A stretch of DNA of 64,000 nucleotides, taken from Ignavibacteriota bacterium (lineage in GTDB: Bacteria > Bacteroidota > Ignavibacteria > UBA10030 > UBA6906). Shown here in pieces: positions 57,855-64,000 of this stretch (the first letter of the stretch is position 1; each line of letters starts with the position of its first letter). The DNA lies in NCBI GenBank assembly GCA_963748405.1, contig CAVVIT010000010.1, forward strand, positions 819-64,818, given 5' to 3'. Position numbers and translations under genes: made by a program. Below the pieces are notes generated by a model. The model was not told the DNA's origin, did not search any database, and worked only from the letters and a program-made list of their open reading frames with translations.

Positions 57855-58192
57855 ACACAGGGAAGACAATCGACGATGTCGATGATCGCGACGCCGCCGG
57901 GCGTGACGTTGACGTCGTAGTCGATGCTGAGTGCGACGGGGCCACCTCTGTTGATCCCGTACGCGCGTACGACATAGTGACCGCCGGGCACAGAATACAC
58001 CGCGAGCCCGTTCGATCCGGTCTGGAGCGAATCCCCCGTCTGGACCAGCACGACGGGAATCCCCGCGATCCCGCTGTTCTGCCAGTGCACGCTGACGACG
58101 ATGATTCCCGGGGTTGAAGGAGGTTCGGTGGGGCGGATATCGCTGCATCCGAAGAGCAGAAGTGTGGTCAATATCAGGATGGACTTGTTCAC
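57851..58192 (-). CDS. Small lipoprotein with carboxypeptidase-regulatory/transthyretin-like fold and C-terminal CxxC
   Basis: GTG start after GGGAG. LLFG-C lipobox. G..V.L...TG.NG..Y.VP.G.Y.V pattern. Ends DIVDCLPCV. Confidence 0.75.
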   Translation of the reverse strand: MNKSILILTTLLLFGCSDIRPTEPPSTPGIIVVSVHWQNSGIAGIPVVLVQTGDSLQTGSNGLAVYSVPGGHYVVRAYGINRGGPVALSIDYDVNVTPGGVAIIDIVDCLPCV

Positions 58193-58564
58193 GCTTCTCC
58201 CTTCTTCGCGGATCCGGGCGGGGACGATTGAGCCGCACGCTTATAACATAAGAAGAGTGCCGAAGACCTGCAACAACACGCAGGCGCGGCCGCAATCCTG
58301 TGTCGTGTCACTCATATTCGGAAAGTATCCGCGCAATCTTGCGACGTGAGTAAACCCTCTGCGGGGTATACGTGTCTAAGTGCTGGAATCATAGGATCCC
58401 CGCACGCGGCACATTTAATGATCGCGACGGCGAACGGGGAAACATGTGCATTCTATGAGACAAATGACCAACCGCGCTCCTCTGTTCTGCCCCGGCTGTT
58501 CTGGCATCGAGATTGCAGATATGGGAGTCGAGTACGACGGAGGTCCCACATTCTCACCACTTTC

Positions 58565-60406
58565 GTGAGAAGTCACTTTCCCCCATGGCGCTTCCGCGCC
58601 ATAGTGTGTCTGTTCGGTCTGTTCACTGCATCCTGGCCGGCCGGCGTTTTGCACGCGCAGTCCGGACGACTCGAAGTCGTGTACATCTCTCCTCTCCCTG
58701 CCTCTGCGTTTAACCGGCCGGGTACCAATATCATCCTGCGAACAAAAGCGAAGGTCAGCTCAGGTGAGGCCGCGCGCTTCATTACCGGATTGACCGGAAC
58801 CGGGAGCGGGGCGCACGAGTTTACGGTCGGGGTCTCCGACGACGGCCGCACGGTCATTTGCCGGCCGCTCACGCCGTTTCTTCAGGGCGAACAGGTAACG
58901 GTCGGAGTTGATACGGATCTCGTCAACGACCCGGCCTCGCCCGGAATCCTCGTTTCCTGGAGGTTCACCACCGGATCCCCCGCCCCCTACATCCCTGACG
59001 TCGGGGAGTCGATGATGGGGTCGGGGATTCCGGCTTCGGCGGCCCGCCACGTCGCCTCCTCCTCCCCGCGCACGGCGGTAACGGATTCGCTCCCCGGTGT
59101 GCACGTCCTGTTTTCGAGTGATCCCTCTCCCGGGTACATCTACCTTTCGAACCTGTACTGGGATGTGGAAACGACCCCCTACCTTCTCGTCCTTGGCAAT
59201 GACGGCAGGGCGGTAATGACGAGGAAAACAGGCATAAACTGCTATGATTTCAAGCTGCAGCCGAACGGCTCGCTGACCTATTACTACGGGGATGACGGGT
59301 ACGGGTTCTTCCAGGAGGCGGACAGGGCCTTCACGGTTGTTGACAGCTTCAAGTGCGGGAACGGCTATGCCACCGACCCTCACGAGCTCATCCTTCTGCC
59401 GAACGGGCATGCGTTGCTCATGGGATCGGATCCCGAGTTCATCGACATGTCAAAGCTGGTCCCCGGGGGATACAATCCGGCGGAGGTGGTCGGCCTCATC
59501 ATCCAGGAGCTCGACCAGGAGAAAAACGTCGTCTTCCAGTGGAGGAGCTGGGATCATTTCAACATTACCGACGCCTGGCACCTGAGCTTCGCTTCGTCGT
59601 ACATAGACTACGTCCACGGCAACTCGCTTGATGTTGATACCGACGGCAACATCATCCTCTCGAGCAGGCATCTCAACGAGATTACCAAGATCGACAGGGA
59701 GACGGGAAATATCATCTGGCGCCTCGGCGGGACGAACAATCAGTTCACGTTCGTCAATGACCCTCTCGGGTTCTCCTACCAGCACGACGTACGCCGCATT
59801 GCCAACGGGCATCTCACCGTCTTCGATAACGGCGACTTTCACGTCCCGGCGTTTTCCCGTGCGCTGGAATACGCGCTTGACGAGACGAACATGACGGCGA
59901 CGCTTGTGTGGCAGTACCGGGATACCCCCGATGTCTTCGGTTTTGCCATGGGGAACGTGCAGCGCCTGAAGAACGGGAATACGTTTATCGGCTGGGGCGC
60001 CACGAATCCGACGGTCACCGAGGTGGACAGCGGCGGAAACAAGGTATACGAAATGTCGCTTGACGAGGGGCTCTACAGCTACCGGGCGTACCGGTCGGAC
60101 GAGGAAGCCCAGGTGACGGGCGTGGAGCGAAACGTCGTTCCCCCAGCATTCGGCCTGGCCCAGAACTACCCCAACCCGTTCAACCCCACAACGACCATCC
60201 AGTACTCGATCCCGTCTGAGGCGCGCGTCACGCTCGATGTCGTTGACATTCTCGGCCGGGAGGTGGCGCGGCTTGTCAACAGGGAAGAACCGGCGGGCAC
60301 CTATTCCGAGAAATTCGACGGCACCAACATGGCGTCCGGCGTGTATTTCTACCGGCTTCAGGCCGGAGAATTCGTTTCAACAAAAAAGCTTCTCCTGGTC
60401 CATTAA
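58565..60406 (+). CDS. Aryl-sulfate sulfotransferase (ASST) family protein with T9SS CTD, paralog 1
   Basis: PHEL, YVHGNS, SSRH, QHDVR, FDNG and [17 protein letters not shown]. Start uncertain; GTG 58565 gives a plausible signal peptide. Confidence 0.82.
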   Translation: MRSHFPPWRFRAIVCLFGLFTASWPAGVLHAQSGRLEVVYISPLPASAFNRPGTNIILRTKAKVSSGEAARFITGLTGTGSGAHEFTVGVSDDGRTVICRPLTPFLQGEQVTVGVDTDLVNDPASPGILVSWRFTTGSPAPYIPDVGESMMGSGIPASAARHVASSSPRTAVTDSLPGVHVLFSSDPSPGYIYLSNLYWDVETTPYLLVLGNDGRAVMTRKTGINCYDFKLQPNGSLTYYYGDDGYGFFQEADRAFTVVDSFKCGNGYATDPHELILLPNGHALLMGSDPEFIDMSKLVPGGYNPAEVVGLIIQELDQEKNVVFQWRSWDHFNITDAWHLSFASSYIDYVHGNSLDVDTDGNIILSSRHLNEITKIDRETGNIIWRLGGTNNQFTFVNDPLGFSYQHDVRRIANGHLTVFDNGDFHVPAFSRALEYALDETNMTATLVWQYRDTPDVFGFAMGNVQRLKNGNTFIGWGATNPTVTEVDSGGNKVYEMSLDEGLYSYRAYRSDEEAQVTGVERNVVPPAFGLAQNYPNPFNPTTTIQYSIPSEARVTLDVVDILGREVARLVNREEPAGTYSEKFDGTNMASGVYFYRLQAGEFVSTKKLLLVH

Positions 60407-60450
60407 CATGGCTCACGTGAAGACTCTCTCTGACAACTTCCGGCTCACCT

Positions 60451-63348
60451 GTGAAAACCCGTTGCATTGGACTGTCCATCCTGATATGCATATGCGCCGG
60501 GGGCTTTGCCCGGGTACTCCCCTCGGAATTCAGTTACGTGTCCCCGCTCCCCGGTTCGAATCTGGTGTCGTGCGCCACGAACATTATCGTTCGTACGCGC
60601 ACACCCGCCGACGGATTTAATCAGGCCGATCTTTCCCTCGCGACGATCACCGGATCCCTGAGCGGTCCGCACGCCGCCCGGTGCGTCCTCTCGGGAAACG
60701 GGCTGACGGCCCTCTGGACCCCTTCTGAGCCGTTCACGCCCGGTGAGACTGTGACCGTCGCCCTTCCCGGCCGGTTCCACGGCGAGCCTCCGGCTTCCCC
60801 CGGCTCATTTTCCTGGTCATTCACGGTTTCGCGGATGGCATCCGCCCTCACGGCAGTTCCCCGATCGCCTGTGGAGGGGTGGACGGCCGGCTCCGTTTCG
60901 ATCGCGCTCGCGCCGGCATCGCGGATCCTCCCGGATTCCGTTCCATCGACTCTTCCTGTCCTCAAAGTAGACACCTCCGACAACCCGTCTCCCGGTGCCC
61001 TCTTCCTGGGGACGTCGAACAATGTCGCCGGTACGGGGCTCTTCGCGATGATCGTCGGCAACGACGGCAGCCCGCTGGCATATAAGAACACCGCACCTCT
61101 TTCCTGCAATGATTTCAAAGTCCAGCCGAACGGGTACCTCTCGTACGGCCTCGTGGAGTGGATCTCCGTGTCCGCGGGTGTCGCAAAAACGCTCCACTAC
61201 GTTCTTGACAGCACGCTCGCCGTCGTGGACTCGTTTCAGTGCGGGAACGGGTACACCGCCGACCTCCACGAATTCCGCCTCCTTCCCAACGGCCACGCGA
61301 TCATGCTGGCGTACGATCCCGAGATTGTCGACATGAGTCAAATCGTCCCCGGCGGAAATCCCAACGCCATCGTGTACGGATCGATCATCCAGGAGCTCGA
61401 CGAGGGAAAGAACGTCGTGTTCCAGTGGCGGAGCTGGGACTACATCCCGATCACCGATTGTTACGACGACCTCACCGCCCCGGCCCTCGACTACATACAC
61501 GTGAACTCCATCGACGTGGACGCGGACGGCAATCTCCTGGTCTCCTGCCGCGAAACCTCGACCGTCCTGAAGATCGACCGCCTCACGGGAGACGTCATCT
61601 GGCGCATGGGGGGAAAACACAACGAGTTCGCGTTCGCGGGTGAGCACGCCGGGAACGCCCCGGAGTATTTTTCGTTCCAGCACGACGTCCGCCGCATTGG
61701 GAACGGGGACGTGACGCTGATGGACAACGGAAACCAGCACCTCCCCCCGTATTCCCGGGCCGTGGAATATTCGATCGATGAGAATGCAAAGACCGCGACG
61801 CTCGTGTGGGAATATCGCCACACGCCCGATGTCTTCGATCCCGCCGCGGGCTCCGTCCAGCGGCTCTCCAACGGGAACACGCTCATCGGGTGGGGGAACG
61901 CCAACCTCCTCGGCACAGGCAATGTCGCCCTCACCGAAGTCCGACCGGACAAGGGAACGGCTCTCGAAATGTCGCTTCCGAACGGTGTTTTCAGTTACCG
62001 CGCGCTCCGGTTCCCCTGGAAAAGCGCTCTCCCGTCGGCAACCGTTTCGATTCTTGACATGCATTTTGGCGTCACCTACCCGTTCGCGTCGGCAGGACAG
62101 TATACGGGTGTGTCGATCAATCTTGCCACGGGCGACGCGATGTACAGCCGGACGACGGTGACGAAGTACCCGTTCTCCCCGTTTGACCCCCTGTTCAACG
62201 GAACGGCCCCGGATCTCGCTCCGGTCAGGACCTCGATTTCTCAGGTGGGTTTCAACTCGTTCAGCGCCGGCATCACGTTTGACAGCTCCTACGTGGCGCT
62301 CCTGCCGTTTCCCGGCCGCGCCACCGTGTACTGGAGACCCGCCGAAGGGACAGGCACGTTTCTCCCCCTGGCGACGGCGTTCGACTCCGTCAACCGCACG
62401 CTTACCGTGAATGCGACGGCATACGGCGAGTACGCATTCGGCTGGAACACCGGCAGCGCCCTCCCGGCCTCTCCCGTCATTGTCTCTCCCCCTGTTCGCG
62501 GATTTGTGAACCAACTTGCTCCCGTCAGTTTTTCCTGGAGCGCCCGGGGACGGGCTTCGGCATTCAGGATCCGCGTATCGAACGACTCTCTTTTTTCTTC
62601 GCTCAGCGTTGACGACTCGACTGTTTCAGCGTCATACCTCATCGCTTCGCCCCTCCACGATACCGTGTATTACTGGAAAGTCAGGGCGGTGGGGGATTCC
62701 GGCCTGAGCGGCTGGTCGGCGACCGGTGTATTCACGACCCGCGCCCCATTCATCGGGATCACGTATCCCGCCGGGGGGGAGACGCTGTACTGGGACTCGA
62801 CGTACGTGATTCGCTGGCAGACGAACGAAGGAGGGGCCGTGCGCGTGACCCTGTCGAACGGAACCGGAGCCGTCGTCAGGATCGCGGATTCCGTGGAGAA
62901 CACGGGGGCGCTCCTCTGGTATGTGCCTCAGTCGCTTGCTCCCGGGGGAGCGTACAGGTTCGCCATCAGGAGTCTTGCCGACACGTCCATCGGCGCGGCG
63001 GGCCTCGTGCCGTTCTCGATACGCAGCACCGTCACATCGGTTTCGTCTGCGGGAAACCTTCCCGGGTCCTTCTCGCTCAGTCAGAACTACCCGAATCCTT
63101 TCAACCCGGCGACGGTGATCCGCTACGCTCTGCCTGAAGGGTCCACGGTTCTCCTTGCCGTGTACAACGCTCTCGGCCAGCGGGTTGCCGTGCTCGTCAA
63201 CGAGACCCAGGAGGCCGGGTATCACGAAGTACGATTCGATGGATCGAACCTTGCATCGGGAGTCTACTTTTACAGGTTGATCGCGCAGGCCGCGGTCGGG
63301 GTGTTGGGAGGCTATACGGCGACGCGCAAACTGCTGTTGATTCGTTGA
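60451..63348 (+). CDS. Aryl-sulfate sulfotransferase (ASST) family protein with extra FN3/Ig domains and T9SS CTD, paralog 2
   Basis: LHEF, YIHVNS, SCRE, QHDVR, MDNG and YRALR. YYWKVRA FN3 and YPAGGETL Ig-like domains. [12 protein letters not shown]. Confidence 0.85.
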   Translation: MKTRCIGLSILICICAGGFARVLPSEFSYVSPLPGSNLVSCATNIIVRTRTPADGFNQADLSLATITGSLSGPHAARCVLSGNGLTALWTPSEPFTPGETVTVALPGRFHGEPPASPGSFSWSFTVSRMASALTAVPRSPVEGWTAGSVSIALAPASRILPDSVPSTLPVLKVDTSDNPSPGALFLGTSNNVAGTGLFAMIVGNDGSPLAYKNTAPLSCNDFKVQPNGYLSYGLVEWISVSAGVAKTLHYVLDSTLAVVDSFQCGNGYTADLHEFRLLPNGHAIMLAYDPEIVDMSQIVPGGNPNAIVYGSIIQELDEGKNVVFQWRSWDYIPITDCYDDLTAPALDYIHVNSIDVDADGNLLVSCRETSTVLKIDRLTGDVIWRMGGKHNEFAFAGEHAGNAPEYFSFQHDVRRIGNGDVTLMDNGNQHLPPYSRAVEYSIDENAKTATLVWEYRHTPDVFDPAAGSVQRLSNGNTLIGWGNANLLGTGNVALTEVRPDKGTALEMSLPNGVFSYRALRFPWKSALPSATVSILDMHFGVTYPFASAGQYTGVSINLATGDAMYSRTTVTKYPFSPFDPLFNGTAPDLAPVRTSISQVGFNSFSAGITFDSSYVALLPFPGRATVYWRPAEGTGTFLPLATAFDSVNRTLTVNATAYGEYAFGWNTGSALPASPVIVSPPVRGFVNQLAPVSFSWSARGRASAFRIRVSNDSLFSSLSVDDSTVSASYLIASPLHDTVYYWKVRAVGDSGLSGWSATGVFTTRAPFIGITYPAGGETLYWDSTYVIRWQTNEGGAVRVTLSNGTGAVVRIADSVENTGALLWYVPQSLAPGGAYRFAIRSLADTSIGAAGLVPFSIRSTVTSVSSAGNLPGSFSLSQNYPNPFNPATVIRYALPEGSTVLLAVYNALGQRVAVLVNETQEAGYHEVRFDGSNLASGVYFYRLIAQAAVGVLGGYTATRKLLLIR

Positions 63349-63399
63349 GCGCCGGTGAGGATAACCGGCCGAATACAGACAAATCAGAGAAGGGGGAAC

Positions 63400-64000
63400 A
63401 TGAGAAGATTCGGAATGTGCCTGGTGATGTTATGTTCGGCGGCGATGTTTGGTCAGCGGGCGATCGCCCAGATCACGGTTACCGCCTCCGACGTGAGCGC
63501 GGAGTTTGCTGTGGGAAACATTACGACCAATCAGTATGACTCGACGACGACGTCGTTCAATATCGGCGCCCCGGGGTCAAGCTCGTGGGACTTTTCCGGT
63601 CTTGTGAGGAGCAGCGGCGTCACGCTCACGAGCGTAGCGGCCGGTGGAACACCGTACACGTCCCGGTTCCCGGGGGCGACGTACGCGCTTCAGACGGCGG
63701 TCCTGTATCAGGGGATTCCGGCGATCGCCTACATCTATTTCCAGCTTGGGACCAATCTCGCCAACCTGGGTCAGGCGGCGGCGGTACAGAGCGGGGCGGC
63801 GACGATTGTCGCGACGAACACCCCCGCGCAGCTCCTGTACGCTCTCCCCTCGACGCTCGGGACATCGTGGACGACCTCGTATCTCGACACCACGATCATC
63901 TCGCTCGACGGCGTGCCGATGACGGGGTCGGGAGTGCATCATAACGCCTCGTTCGTCGTCGACGCGTACGGTCCGATGACCATCCCCGGCGGGACGGTCC
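63400..64000 (+). CDS. N-terminal part of a secreted protein, probable T9SS cargo; runs off the window
   Basis: Not in the ORF track. GGGGG RBS and ATG 63400. Reads MRRFGMCLVMLCSAAMFGQRAIA|QITVTASD...IGAPG..SWDFSGL...TPY...FPGA...VDAYG.MTIPGG, open to the window end. Confidence 0.75.
   Translation, partial: MRRFGMCLVMLCSAAMFGQRAIAQITVTASDVSAEFAVGNITTNQYDSTTTSFNIGAPGSSSWDFSGLVRSSGVTLTSVAAGGTPYTSRFPGATYALQTAVLYQGIPAIAYIYFQLGTNLANLGQAAAVQSGAATIVATNTPAQLLYALPSTLGTSWTTSYLDTTIISLDGVPMTGSGVHHNASFVVDAYGPMTIPGGTV

Noticed and set aside
58551-58571. Hairpin TTCTCAC/GTGAGAA covering the proposed GTG start of ASST paralog 1 as a translational switch
   Set aside because: The stem is only 7 bp and the start codon itself is uncertain.
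3841-63110. Recurring CAGAACTACCCGAA(T/C)CC(T/G)TTCAA sequence in several genes as a DNA repeat or mobile element
   Set aside because: It encodes the conserved QNYPNPFNP motif of T9SS CTDs and varies at synonymous positions.

Overview
GC-rich chromosomal window from a bacterium with a type IX secretion system. At least six proteins end in a 'QN(Y/F)PNPFNP...' C-terminal sorting domain and there is a PorV-like barrel; together with chemotaxis genes this suggests an Ignavibacteria-like member of the Bacteroidota/Chlorobiota group (inference). The main feature is a tightly packed 17-gene, ~26 kb plus-strand operon (4209-30095) that looks like a peptidoglycan scavenging pathway. It encodes a T9SS-exported GHL10 glycosidase and amidase, an NlpC/P60 peptidase, a Tat-exported Ala-Glu epimerase, an HGSNAT-like acetyltransferase, a PBP-like/esterase fusion, a NagB/PIG-L fusion, a MurK-like kinase, a NagZ/AmiE-like fusion, SpoIID, a second amidase, AmpG and an amino-acid racemase. 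It also holds a GT2 and a HIT-fold DUF4922 protein of unknown role. Upstream is a cassette of a CTD-variant protein, PorV, an IPT lipoprotein and a T9SS cargo. A family of short palindromic TGTC/CGTC-tagged repeats occurs at least five times, once apparently in frame inside a signal peptide. The rest holds a MazEF-like module, an AAA-DUF4143 ATPase, unclassified glycosidase-like proteins, gene remnants, an RND pump, PBP1A, a PAS hybrid kinase, MCP-CheW, a CxxC lipoprotein/barrel pair and two tandem T9SS-secreted arylsulfotransferases. I recognised no rRNA, tRNA, CRISPR array or transposase. All family calls come from motifs read by eye; no database search was run.
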